Positions 1 to 12,225 of a stretch of DNA of 64,000 nucleotides are shown one piece after another. The number at the start of each line of letters is the position of its first letter. The stretch's first letter is position 1. A program made the position numbers and the translations under genes. The stretch covers positions 65,908,001 through 65,972,000 of the forward strand of contig NW_024704743.1 of assembly GCF_018977255.1 (NCBI RefSeq). The letters are read 5' to 3'. Below the pieces are notes generated by a model, which was given only the letters and a program-made list of their open reading frames with translations, did no database searches and was not told the DNA's origin. The stretch comes from Callorhinchus milii. Lineage: Eukaryota.

Positions 1-904
1 TGCTGCAATCTGTAGTGGTTTAACGCTAAAATACGGCAATTTTAATTTGGATGAATGTCCAAAATGCCCTTTCGTATGGGTTAGCTGGAAAGACAGAATG
101 TTCCTGGAAATACCATGGGAACAAAATTGACAAGAGCCTAACCAATCTTTAAATCAATGTAAAATTCTGAAGCTCCATTGAAAGCAATAGCATTAATCCA
201 ATGTGGTGGCATAAAATCCCTGCCTGTAACTGCAGGGGGCTCTAACGCACCAGCCGAGAGATTTGTAAGGGTAGGTGCTCATTCAGGGGTAGTGTACCTG
301 CTCCAAATAGTTAGGAGCTGTTGATATTAGACAGTAATGCCAACTCCAAAGCATTTATAATCAGTGTCACGTTAGAGTTTAAACTCAACTTGTGTTTGGC
401 TAGCTGTCAGGATCAGAAGAAGCACTGCAGCAAGCACTGAATCATTGTGTTTGAAACTAGAAGAGAAGTCTTAAATAGGAGCCTAAAAAGAGATAATCTC
501 CCTATTCAGGCCCTTCTGTCACCAGACCCACTTCTCGGTAAATTCTCCATTGCGCTTGATCCAAGCAGCCTCTGACTCCAGTCTTAAGTGCTCTGAGATG
601 CTACCCCTATAGATGCTATATAGGGTGCAATATAAATACAAGTTGTGGTTCTCTCTGTTATGGTGAATCTGAGCCTGGAGTTTGCCCTTTTCAGAGACAA
701 CTTTGAAATCAGGAGTAGAACAAGTGGCTGGTCGGGAGTGGAGTGGGGGAGGGGGAGGGATAATACAATTCACCACTCCATGCTGTAATTCTGTGCGAAT
801 TAGTTTGATTAGTCATTTCAGACTTTGATGAGATGTGAATAAAAACATTTCAAATGCAAACAAACTGTGTGAATATTAGGCAGATATTGTAGAATAACAA
901 TTGT

Positions 905-1770
905 GGAGATCTGTAGCTCAGTGGTTAGAGCACTCGCCTTATAATAATAATAATAATAATCCTTGCATTTGATATAGCGCTTTTCACGTCGGGAGGATGT
1001 CCCAAAGCGCTTCACAGAACACACTGTAAAGTGAATTGACTGTATATTTGTGGGCGAACACAGCAGCCAATTGCGCACAGCAATGTCCCACAAACAGTCG
1101 TAGATTGAAAATGACCAATTTATTATTGTTTTTGTTTTTTTGGAGGGATTATTATTAGGGCTGTGTGTGGAGTAAGGAAACTTGCTGAAGGTTTCGCCCT
1201 GACCTCCCTGGAACTGAACTCGGGTCTCTCACTTGCAAAGCGAGTGCTCTAACCAATGAGCTACAGGACTCCACTACATTATAGAGCGCCTTTCACGTCG
1301 GGAGGCACAGGAGGCAAGGGAGGGGGCGAGGCGAAGGGACTGTGGGATGGAGTTCCAAAGGCCAGGGACAGAAAGCCCGACCAGCGATGGTGGGTCGTGT
1401 GGGGGACACAGAGCAGCCCGGCTCCAAGTCTGTCCAGCTCTTAGAAGATCCTGTTTACCTCCCACCAAGGAGGATAGTCACTTTATGACAGAGGGAGAGG
1501 GGCCTTGCAAGGGAAAGACCTGGGTTCAATTCCAGGCAGGTCGAAACCTTGGGCAAGTTTCCTTACTCCACACGCCTGATAATAATCCCTCCAAAAACAA
1601 AACAATAATAAATTGGTCACTTTCAATCCACACTGCTGTGCGCAATTGGCTGCCGCGTTTCGCCCACAAATATATGGCCAATTCACTTTACAGTCTATTC
1701 TGTGAAGCACTTTGAGACATCGAGAAAACATAAAAAGCGCTATATCAAATGCAAGGATTATTATTATTAT
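905..1770 (+). mobile_element. SINE family A copy split by an insertion (head 905-940, remainder 1502-1770)
   Basis: Head stops at CACTCGCCTT and resumes at GCCTTGCAAG. Confidence 0.8.
941..1272 (-). mobile_element. Young SINE, family A (tRNA-Ala-like head, partial Deu domain, L2-type stem-loop, (ATT)n tail), full length
   Basis: Head GGAGTCCTGTAGCTCA..GGTTAGAGCACTCGCTTTGCAAG with A/B boxes and TGC anticodon position; near-identical to the other A copies. Confidence 0.92.
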
Positions 1771-1827
1771 AATTGTACTATACAAAGGAGGCTCTAATAA
1801 TGTTGTAGCATTCTATCTCCCAGAAAG

Positions 1828-2222
1828 TGAGCCTGGCTCAGTTGGCAGCTCTCTCTCCTCTGAGTTAGTAGATTGTGGGTTCAACCCCATGTCAAGACTT
1901 TGAACTCACATAGTCTGACATTCCTGTGTAGTGTTGGAGATGCAGTGCATTGCTGAAGGTACCGTCCTTCGGATGAGATGTTAATCCGAAGTCCCATCTG
2001 TACCTGTTTAGATAGTCTGTTATGAACCCATGGCACTATTTGAAAGGATAAGCGAGTTTCTCCTGATGTCCTTGTCAACAAACACCAAGAGAGAAAATTA
2101 CCATTTACTTCATGGTTGCTTCCAAATTGACTGCTGCTTTTGTTTAAAAATAAAGTCACTACACTTTACAGTACATTCTGTGAAACTCTTTGAGATGTTC
2201 TCCGGATGTAAAATAGTAATAA
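1828..2222 (+). mobile_element. Old Deu-domain SINE (family C, SacSINE1/AmnSINE1-like)
   Basis: tRNA-like head GCCTGGCTCAGTTGG..GGGTTCAA; Deu core GTCCTTCGGATGAGATGTTAA..CCCATGGCACTATTTGAA. Confidence 0.75.
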
Positions 2223-2578
2223 TTTCCCTTAAATTTGATATAGTGCCTTATCATATAGTTGAGAAGTCTCAAAGTGCTCCACAGAATATATTGTAAAGTG
2301 GATTTACTGTGTAGTTTGTAGGTGAAATGCAGCAGCCACTTGCATAGAGCAATATCCCACAAACAGTCATGGAGTGAGTGATCACTTTTTTGGGGGGAGA
2401 GATTATTACCCCCGGAAAGCGATCTGCTAATCGACTAACAACTGGGTTCCTATTTACTGTTCGGTAAACAGAGATGTGTAGAGTAAGGAAATTAGCCTAA
2501 GGTTTTGTCCAATCTGGAAATCAAACCAGGGCTCTCGCTTGCAAGGCAAACTTGCTAACCTCTGAGCTACGTGACTCC
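2215..2578 (-). mobile_element. SINE family B (A-like head plus an extra ~60-bp CTCTGTTTAC..AGTAAGTAGGAACC segment)
   Basis: Same head and tail as A with an additional internal block; more diverged. Confidence 0.8.
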
Positions 2579-3019
2579 AACAACTCAATTTATTTTGCTG
2601 CAACACAGCAAACCTGGCTGTTGCCAGACTTGTGTAACCTGTAGCAGTTAAGTGAAATTACCTGCCTGTGTGCTCCCCCATTCTGTCATTCAAGATCAGT
2701 AGACCAGAAAAACTTAAACCATGAAGTTTATAAAGTCTGGCATTCCTGCGCCCACCTTTTTTTTATACAATACAATATTTAGTATAAACACATTTTTGCC
2801 TTGAACTACTTATATGGGTATGTACACCATTACAAGAGATTCAGCATGAGCGATAACATTTTAGAAACGCACATTCCCCTTGACCTATTCTTATAAGTTA
2901 AAGGGGGGATGTGACTGGTGATGTGATAATTAGTGTCGGCTTGGACACATAGTAATGCTTTTACCTCTGGCTTTCACCTCTGATCACATGCCCATGTCTA
3001 GATACTGATCTTATAGCCT

Positions 3020-3271
3020 AGGGAGGACGAAACCTTGGGCAAGTTTCCTTACTCAATACGCCTGATAATTATCCATCAAGAAAAAAAACCAATAATATAT
3101 TGGTTACTTCAATCCACGACTGTTTGTGGTACACTGCTGTGCGCAATTAGCTTCCACATTTCACCCACAAATATACAGTCAATTCATTTTACAGTAGATT
3201 TTGTGAAGCACTTTGAGACGTCTAGAAACCATGAAAAGCACTATATCAAACGCAAGGATTATTATTATTAT
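3020..3271 (+). mobile_element. SINE family A/B, 5'-truncated
   Basis: CGAAACCTTGGGCAAGTTTCCTTACTC through the (ATT)n tail. Confidence 0.85.
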
Positions 3272-3439
3272 AGGCTAAGTCTCCAGTTCACTGCGGGGAG
3301 GAGTTCTGCACTGTCAGAGGTGCTAATTCCTGTCTATCGGTTCAGGTGGACGTTAAAGGTTCCAAGAACTTATTCAAAAACAGAAAAAAATTTCTCCGGG
3401 TGTCCTGGCCTAGAGGTTTCCAAATAAATTAGTTATTCT

Positions 3440-4418
3440 TAGTTGACACCCAACTCTATCTTTCTGCCTCCACCCTCAACTCCAGGACCACTGCTGTCCT
3501 GACAGACTGCCTGTCGGACATCAAGTCCTGGATGAGGGCAAATTTCTTACAGGTGAATGTGAACAAGACTGAGGCCCTCCTGATTGGCTCACGTCAGCGC
3601 CTCAGCACCTCAGGCTCTGGCAGCATCAACCTCCATGGTTGCACACTACAACTCACCAACTCACCAGCCAGTCAGGAACCTGGTGTCTTGTTCGACCCTC
3701 AGCTATCTTTTCTTCCCCACATCCAAGCCATGACCTGCTCTGCCTTCCCTCACTCCGTAACATCGCCCGACTCTGCCACTACCTCACCCCTCAGGCCACT
3801 GAAACTCTTGTTCATGCCTTCATCACCTCCAGGCTCGACTATGCAAATGCCCTGCTTGTTGGCCTTCCCAACTCCTCCCTCCACAGGCTGCAGATAATCC
3901 AGAACTCTGCAGCCCGTGTCCTCTCCCGCACCAAACTCTATGACCCCATCTCCCCCACTCTCGCCCAACTCCATTGGCTCCCTCTCCTTCAGAGGATCCA
4001 GTTCAGGATCCTGGTCCTCATCTACAAAGCCCTCCATGGCCTCGCCCCACCCTACCTCTGTGACCTCCTAACCCCCTACCATCACACCCGCTCCCTCTGT
4101 TCAGCCGGCTCTGGCCTGCTCCACTTCCCCCGACCCACCTGCCCCACCATTGGCAGGAGAGCTTCAGTTACTCGCCCCCAACATCTGGAATTCCATCCCC
4201 CAATCACTCCACCTTGCCCCCTCCATGGCCTCCTTCAAGTCCCGCCTTAAAACTCTCCTCTTCGACCACGTCATCAGCCACCTCCCCTTCCCCTCCCCTC
4301 CCTTCTCCTCCCCAGACCCGAACTCGGGTCTGAAATGCTGTACACTGTACAATGCCTTGGGATGTCCTTCAGACGTGAAAGGTGCTATACAAATGTAATC
4401 TTGTTGTTGCTGTTGTAT
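3440..4418 (+). mobile_element. L2 LINE, 5'-truncated 3' fragment
   Basis: [26 protein letters not shown] and LHWLP motifs; ends in the L2 stem-loop and TTG tail. Confidence 0.93.
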
Positions 4419-4959
4419 TCATTCCAGATCAATTAGGCATGGCTGTTTGCTACATCAAATGCAAGCATCAACAACAACAACAAAATTACAATTATAGAGC
4501 ACCTTTCATGTTGGGAGGACATCCCAAGATGCTGGACAGTCAGGGGTCAGCACCCGAGCATCTGGGAGGTGTGGGGTAGGGTTGAGGGAAGGCAGAGAGG
4601 TGGGAGGGCGACCAATCAATATTGTTATTTAGGGTCAGGCAGGTGTCTGACACCTATCACCATACTTAAGAGTTTCCAAACCAGACTTAGATGCAATTTA
4701 CACATGAAATTCACGTGTTTGGATTGAAATGTGCACTGTCCCCCTGGAGGGATTCACCCTGTTTAGTTAATTCCAAAGAGTATTACGCACAGTTTGGCAA
4801 GAACCAAGGCTTTGAGAATATGTATGCATTGGTCAAGTTTAACCGATTAAAACTGCAGAGCTTGCCATTGAAAGCACTGTCTGACAACCGTCCTGCTGCT
4901 TGTCAAGCTAATACCACTCTGCTCGTTAGGGCTTTGGTTTGCAAATTTAACAGGAATCC

Positions 4960-5500
4960 GTGACCTCCTGCCTCGATCATTGAAATGCCCTCCTTGCCAG
5001 TCTCCCCAGTTCCACTATCCACAAAATGCAGATAATCCAAACTCCGCCACCCACATACTCACCTGCACTATACTCTGTACCCCCATCACATCAATTCTAG
5101 CTCCACTGGCACCCTATCATCGAACGGGTCAATTTCAAGCTCCTCACATTTTTCTTCAAATCCTTTCATGTCCTAGCACCTCCTTACCTTTCCAACCTGC
5201 TTACTCCCAAACCCACTACCTGCAGCCTCCACTCGACTGGCTCCAGCTTTTTGCACAAACCCTCATGCCCTCCGTTCCACCATTGATGACTGCGCTTTCA
5301 ACCACTATACCCCCAAACTCTGGAACAGTCTATCTTTATCCCTCCTCCCCGTGGTCAGGTCACACGTGAACATTTTCTTCTTCAATCATGCCTACGTTCA
5401 TCTCCCCCCCTCCCACAGCTTGTACTCCACCACTGTCAAGCACTCTGGGCTGCTGCCCTGCATGAGTGGTGCTATATAAATGCACGTTGTTATTGTTGAG
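4960..5500 (+). mobile_element. Degenerate L2 3' fragment
   Basis: C-rich sequence collinear with the L2 3' end; ends GCTATATAAATGCACGTTGTTATTGTTG. Confidence 0.7.
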
Positions 5501-6688
5501 TTGAGTGGGAAGAATTCCTACACCCAGTAACCCGTCTGCTACAACAAGTCCTACCTAGTGCCTTGGGATATCCTCCCAACATGAAATAGATATAAATATA
5601 TATAAAAGCTATATAAATGCAATTTGTTGTTGTTGTTGATGAGCCAAGTTGGCTGGCTGGGTGGGATGGGGGTAGGGATGGGGGGTGGAGGTGACCATAA
5701 GCACTGTCAAAGCGGAAGGTTTGGTCTGGGTAAATATGCAGGTGGCAGAGTTCTGAATTAGGGAACTGAAGTTAGTACTGGAGGAGGCAAAGTAGATTTG
5801 TGTGTCATAGAATCAGAGAATTATACAGCACAGAAGGAGGCCATTCGGCCCATCGTGTCTGTGCCGGCTCTTTTAAAAGAGCTATAGAAATCAATCTCAC
5901 TCCCCTTTCTCTCCCCATAAGCCTGCAAATGTGTCCTCCCCAAATAATTATCTACTTCTTTCTTAAAACTTGCTATCAAATCGGCTTCCACCACCCTTTC
6001 AGGCAATGCATTCCAGATCCGAACAACTCACTCTGTGAAAAAATGTCTCCTCACCTCCCCTCTGTTTCTTTTAACAACTATTTTAAATTGGTGTCCTCGG
6101 GTTACTGACCCACCCGCCAGTGGAAATAGCTTCTCCTTGTTCACCCTATCGAATCCCCTCACAATTTTGAAAACTTCTATTAAGTCTCCTCTTAACCTTC
6201 TCTGTTCCAAGGAGAATAATCCTGGCTTCTCTCGCCTCTCCTGATAACTGAAGTCCCTCATTCCTGGTACCATCCTGGTAAATCTCCTTTGCATATTCTC
6301 CAATGCCTTGATATTCTTCCTAAAGTGTGGTGCCCAGAACTAAACACAGTATTCTAGCTGAGGCCTAAGCAGTGTTTTATAAAGTTTCATTATAACTTCC
6401 TGACTTTTATATTCTATGGCCCTATTTATAATGCCTGGTATCCCGTATGCTTTCTTAACAGCTTTATCTGTCCTGCCACTTTCAAAGATGTAACATGAAC
6501 CCCAAGTTCTCTCTGTTCCTTCACCACCTTTAAGATTCTACCATCAGCTTATATTGCCTCTCCTCATTCTTCCTCCCAAAATACATCACTTCGCATTTCT
6601 CCACATTAAACTTCATCTGACACGTGTCTGCCCATTTTACCAGTCTGTCTATGTCCTCTTGCAGTCTGCTACTATCCTCCTCACTGTT

Positions 6689-6937
6689 TAATAATAATAA
6701 TAATAATAATAACCCTTGCATTTGATATAAGGTTTTTCACGTCGGGAGGACGTACCAAAGCGCTTCACAGAAGACACTGTAAAGTGAATTGACTGTATAT
6801 TTGTGGGTGAAAGCAGCAGCCAATTGTGCGCAGTAATGTCCCACAAACAGTCGTAGATTGAAAATGACCAATTTGTTATTGTTTTTGGTTTTGGAGGGAT
6901 TATTATTAGGCATGTGGAGTAAGGAAACTTGCCCAAA
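6689..6937 (-). mobile_element. SINE family A, 5'-truncated, inserted in CR1
   Basis: CR1 reading LGKVVN/SEEDS is interrupted at this site. Confidence 0.9.
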
Positions 6938-7283
6938 GTTTACTACTTTTCCTAGCTTAGGATCATCTGCCAACATGGAAAATGTATTCCCTATATCCAA
7001 GTCCAAGTCATCTCTCCACTGATTCATACACTCCCTTACTAGTCAAGTATTCATGGACTTCCTTTTCCTGTGACTGGAATGGAATGGTGTGAGTGCTGAG
7101 AGCCTCAACACTGCTCACCACCCCTCACCACACATCAACCATGATCTCAGCCACGGCAGCACCGGCTGAATAGCCGAGGCCTGTTCCTATGTTCCTTATA
7201 TCTCCACAAAAAGCAGATTACTGAGAGCACCTGCCCAAGGGTATTATAATCATCATGGCAATCCTTGCCATGTACAGTACAGC

Positions 7284-7520
7284 TTGTGTATATACAGTGA
7301 TAGATACTGGGAGAGGCTATGTGTACACAGGAGAGGCTGTGTGTATACAGGAGAGGCTGTGTGTATACAGTGAGAGATAATGGCAGGGGCTATGTGTATA
7401 CAGGAGAGGCTGTGTGTGTACAGGAGAGACACTCGGAGAGGCTGTGTATATACAGTGAGAGACACTGGGAGAGGCTGTGTGTATACAGTGAGAGACACTG
7501 GGAGAGGCTGTGTGTATACA
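7284..7520 (+). repeat. Minisatellite with 33-bp (GTGTATACAGTGAGAGACACTGGGAGAGGCTGT) and 20-bp (GTGTATACAGGAGAGGCTGT) unit variants
   Basis: About 8 tandem units read directly. Confidence 0.92.
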
Positions 7521-7747
7521 TGCCTGATAATAATCCCTCAAGAAAAAAACAATAATGATTTGGTCATTCAATCCACGACTGTTTGTGGGACACTGCTGTG
7601 CGCAATTGGCTGCCACGTTTTGTCCACGTATATACAGTCAATTCACTTTACAGTATATTCTGTGAAGCGCTTTGAAACATCTAGAAGACGTGAAAACCGC
7701 TATATCAAATGCAAAGATTATTATTATTATATTATTATTATTATTAT
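7519..7747 (+). mobile_element. SINE family A, 5'-truncated
   Basis: Body and (ATT)n tail; begins directly after the minisatellite. Confidence 0.88.
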
Positions 7748-9594
7748 CTATATAGATCAAAAACGGACTCAATATCGACCCCTGGGGGACACCACTGCAC
7801 ATTTCCCTCCAGTCAGAAAAACAATTCACCACAATTCTCTGCTTTCTGTCTCCCAGTCAGTTCTGTATCCATGCTGCCACTGTCCCTTTAGTACCATGGG
7901 CTTCTATTTTGCTTACAAGTCTCTTATGTGGCACTTTATCAAACGCCTTTTGAAAATCCATATAAACTACATCAACTGCACTGACTTCATGCCTCTGTTA
8001 CTTCATCAAAAAAATCTATCAGGTTTGTTAGACACGATTTGCCTTTAAGAAATCCATGTTGGCTGTCCTTTATTAATTCAAATTTTTCTAAGTGAAGATT
8101 TATTTTGTCCCGGATTTAGTCTCTAGAAGTTTCCCCACTATTGACGTTAGGCTGACTGGCCTGTAGTTCCCTGGTTTATTCTCCTTTCTCCTTATTTGTA
8201 CAGCGTAGTAATACTTGTAACCCTCCAGTCCTGTTGCACCACCCCAGTGTCCAAGGAGGATTGAAAGATTGTGGCCAGAGTCTCCGCTATTTCCACCCAA
8301 ATTTCCTTCAGTAACCTAGGATGCATCCCGTCCGGACCGGGTGACTTACCTACCTTGAGCACCATCAACCTTTTTAGTACCTCCTCTCAGTTTATTCTTA
8401 TCCTATCCAATTTCTGTACCTTCTTCTCCGGTACTGTGGCATTGGCTGCATCATCGTCTTCGTTTGTGAAGACAGATGAAAAGTACTCATTCAATACATC
8501 AGCCATGCCCTCTGCCGCCACAAGAAGATTTTCTCTTTGGTTCCTAATTGGCCCCACCCTACTTTTCACTAACCTTTTATTCTTTACATGCATATAAAAT
8601 ACCTTAGGGTTCCCTCTTATGTTACCCAATAATCTTTTCTCATACAATCTCTTTGCCCCTCTTATTTCCTTTTTCAGTTCTCCTCTCTACTTTCTTTATT
8701 CTAAACCTAATGATGTATGAACCTCTAAACCTAACAGAGTAACAAATCTACTGTTGTCCAGATGCTCTCCTACTGAAACCTGCTCCACTTGCCCCACTTC
8801 ATTCCCCAGAACTAGATCCAGCACTGCTTCCTCCTCGTTAGATATTGGAAACAACAATAACAACAACAAAATTACATTTATAGAGCGACTTTTATGTCGG
8901 GAGGACGTCCCATACTGTAACATACTGATACAGAAAGTTATCCTGCACACATTTCAGGAATCCTTCCCCCTCCTTGCCCTTTACACTATTATTTTGTCGG
9001 TCTATGTTAGGAAAATTAAAGTCCCCCATTATCACTACTCTATCGGTTTTGCATCTTTCTGAAATAGGCTTGCAGATTTGCTCCTCTATCACCTTCCCAC
9101 TATTTGGTAATCTATAGTATACACCTAACAGAGTAGCAGCTCCTTTTCTGCTCCTTAACTCTAACTAAATAGATTCTGTTTTTGGACCTTCTAGCACATC
9201 ATCCCTTTCCAGGGCTATAACCATGTCTTTAATCAATATTGCCACCCGTCACTCCTTTTTTCCTTTCATGTCCCTCCTGAATACATTGTAGCCAGGAATA
9301 TTCAGCTCCCATTCCTGCCATTGCTTGAGCCAGGACTCCATTATTGCCACTACATTAAAATCCCATGTGATAACTTGAGCCCTCAGCTCACCAATCTTAT
9401 TTGTCACACTCCGTGCATTTACGCACATGCACTCCAAGATCCACTTAGTCTGCTCTGCATTTCACCCCTGTCTAATCCTTCCTTTTTCTGGGCTACAACA
9501 ACAACAACAACAACAAGATTCCATTTATAGAGCGGCTACTCCTTATCGCATTGATATTCGTCTCTCCCAATCCTCTATGTAACATTTTTCTCCT

Positions 9595-9800
9595 TGTCAT
9601 CCGCATACATGTGTAAGTTTACCCCATGTCTGCGGATGACATCACTCAGAGGAAGCATATAGATAAGGAAAAGAAGAGGGCCAAGGATGGAGGCCTGGGA
9701 TACCCCGCAGATAGCCGAGCGGGGGTGGGAGGAGAAACCATTTGCTGAGATGAAATGGAGGTGGTTGGTTAAGTAGCACTCGAACCAAGCAAATGATTTG
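9595..9800 (-). mobile_element. L2 RT fragment
   Basis: CGVSQASILGPLLFLIYMLPL..HGVNLHMYADD. Confidence 0.85.
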
Positions 9801-9924
9801 TACACCATAATAATCCACTAACAGCCTTTAAGTGAATGATCAATTATGTCTGGGGAATTGTTGTGCTGGATACTGGGAAAAACACCTGGTGATGAACTTG
9901 TACAAGACCTTAGGCCACAGTTGG

Positions 9925-10262
9925 AGTATCTAAGCTGACACTCTAATGCAGTGCTGGGAGTGTGTTTCATTGTTAGAGGTGTCAACCTTTGGATGAGACG
10001 TTAAATCGAGGTCCCATCTGCTTTTTCAGGTGGATATTAAAGATCCCACAGCATTATTCGAAAAGTGAAGAGAGTTTCTCCTGGTATCCTGGACAACAAT
10101 CCCCCAAATAAAATTGATCATTCACTTCATTGCTGTTTGTGGAACATTGCTGTGCACACTGGCTGCTGTGTTTCATGCACAAATTACAGGCAATCAGCTT
10201 TACAGTATATCCTGTGAAATGCTTTGATGCGTCTCAATGATGTGATGAGGCATGGTATCCAG
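9925..10262 (+). mobile_element. Old Deu-SINE (family C)
   Basis: TTGGATGAGACGTTAAATCGAGGTCCCATCTG core. Confidence 0.75.
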
Positions 10263-11799
10263 TCCAACATTGGAGCCTTGTTATAAGGCAATAGTTGAGG
10301 GTGCAAAAAATTCCAACTTGCCTTATAACAAGGCCACAATAACCAATTTCCCTCCCCATGCGGACAAACTGGAGAGGTTGCTTCTTTTGCAATTTTATCA
10401 GGCAGGTAAGTAGCCCAAGTAAATCACCAATTTCTGGGTAATCAGATCTCTGCTATGTCAGTGCACATCCTGTGTGCTGTGAACCTGTTCTCATTACCCA
10501 CTAAGGGGTGGGGTGGATAGGGAAGGAGGTACAACATCCCATTTGTAACTGCGTCCTACAAAGGGCGGCAGAACCCCAAGGCAGGGAAGCCTTGGTTCCC
10601 CCCCACCCCGCCACAAGGAGCTGGGTATGTCTGTAACGGGACTATAAAATTCTTCGGCTTTTTTTCTGTTTAGGATTTGATACATACAGTCTGAGACACA
10701 CATAAATATATACCAACAAATAAATATATATTTTGTAAAAAAAGTCAGTTCCTGTGAGCTCGACTTGAAGAGTGCAGGAAGTGATGCCAATGGAGATCTA
10801 ATGACCACCCAGAAGTTGGCCATTTTTAGCACGTCTGGCACATGGGAAGCAAGCTGTGTGGAATCACTCCCCTTTCAAGTTGTAAATAAACCAGCATTAT
10901 AAGAGGACTGCACTATATTGGACACAGTGCATTGGGATTTTACATCTACATACCAAGCTTTATTGCCTTTATTTGTTGTCAGGAGAATACTTTAAAAGAC
11001 TTCACAGGATTTACTGTAAAGTGTAGTGACTGTGTATTTTGTAGACAAGGTTTCAGATTATTGAAACGTGTAGTAGGAAAATTATCACTGGTTATTATCA
11101 TATCAATAACTCTTGCCATTGAAACCAATCAATAGACTTCCCTGTCTTGGCAAAAAGGTTTGACCCAAAACCTTTACCATCACTGTTAATTCAGTTGGGA
11201 GTATTTGTAATGCTTCAGTATCACTTCATGGGATACCTGCTTGTCTCTGGCTTATAATGATCTTTCCATTGGGTATGGCTCCTTTCACACAAGGAAAACA
11301 TCTCAAAGTGCTTCACAAGATTTACTGTAAAGTAGAGTGACTGTATATTTTGCACGCAAAATATTATCACATCATTCAACTTACCATATCACATGTTTCA
11401 TATTACCACATCTTTCACTCCAGTATTTTAGTGGTAATTAGAAAAAAACAGCCCCAAGTAATACAGTAATAAAATATCACCATCCTCACATTCAGCAATA
11501 AAATACTTTGAGGTGCTGATGACTGCTTTCAATAGATAATTTTGAAGTGATAATGACATTACAGAAAAGAATAACCCATTCACTATGATTATTACTGCAG
11601 TTAAATTGTTGCCAGATGTAATGTACCACTATTTGGCTGTTTTCTCTGACCATAAGTATGTGTTCACCATAATTTCAGTTTAAGAACCAGTTTAAGATTA
11701 TAAAGTATACGACAATGATAACAAATAATGCTTTTGGTGGCAGAATATTCAATTGTAGATAGTGGAGAGGTTAACATTCTATTGAATGCTCATAATAAT

Positions 11800-12225
11800 A
11801 ATCCTTACATTTGATATAACCCCTTTCACATTGGGAAGATGTCTAAAAATGCTTTGCAGGATATACTACAAGGTGAGTGGGGAACGAACGTGGCAGCCAA
11901 TTTACACGCAGCAAGGTCTCATAAACAACCATGAAGTGAATAACTAATTTTATTTGGAGGATTGTTGGTCAGGACACCAGGAGAAACTCACTTCTCTTTT
12001 TGAATATTGTCACTGGATTGTTAATGCTCACCTGAACAGGCAGGTAGGACCTCAATTTAATGTCTCATCCGAAGGGCAGCACTTCCAATAATGTCACACA
12101 CCCCTAACACTGCACTGGAGTGCCAGCCTAGATAATATGAGGTCCCAGGTCCAATTGGTGCTTAAACCTACAGCCTTCTGACTCATAGGAGAGAGCTCTA
12201 CCAACTGAATCAGATTGACACAAAC
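11800..12225 (-). mobile_element. Old Deu-SINE (family C), near full length
   Basis: Head, Deu core and ATT tail on the minus strand. Confidence 0.78.

Larger units (their letters stand above)
5805..9490 (-). mobile_element. CR1 LINE ORF2 (APE + RT to 3' end), decayed and split by insertions at 6689-6937, ~7000-7747 and 8850-8912
   Basis: APE: CVNARSVTNKIGEL..VVAIMESWL, VVIMGDFNFPNID, AVLDLVLGNE. RT region: PGNYRPVSLTSIVGKLLE, SGVPQGSIL, LQEDIDRLVKWA..MKFNVEKC, QRRFTRMVPGM, LFSLEQRRLRGDLIEVFKI. CR1-type 3' end at ~5805-5850. Confidence 0.93.

Noticed and set aside
519..776. 85-aa ORF or possible terminal exon (SEHLRLESEAAWIKRNGEFTEKWVW)
   Set aside because: Weak acceptor, no recognisable homology, and the N-terminus derives from a G-run.
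818..1093. Recurrent ORFs such as MWDIAVRNWL..CKDYYYY and MGKFPYST.. as a multigene family
   Set aside because: These are translations of SINE bodies; poly-Y and poly-I come from (ATT)n tails.
7284..7520. CRISPR-like array
   Set aside because: Units are directly tandem with no unique spacers, and the context is eukaryotic.
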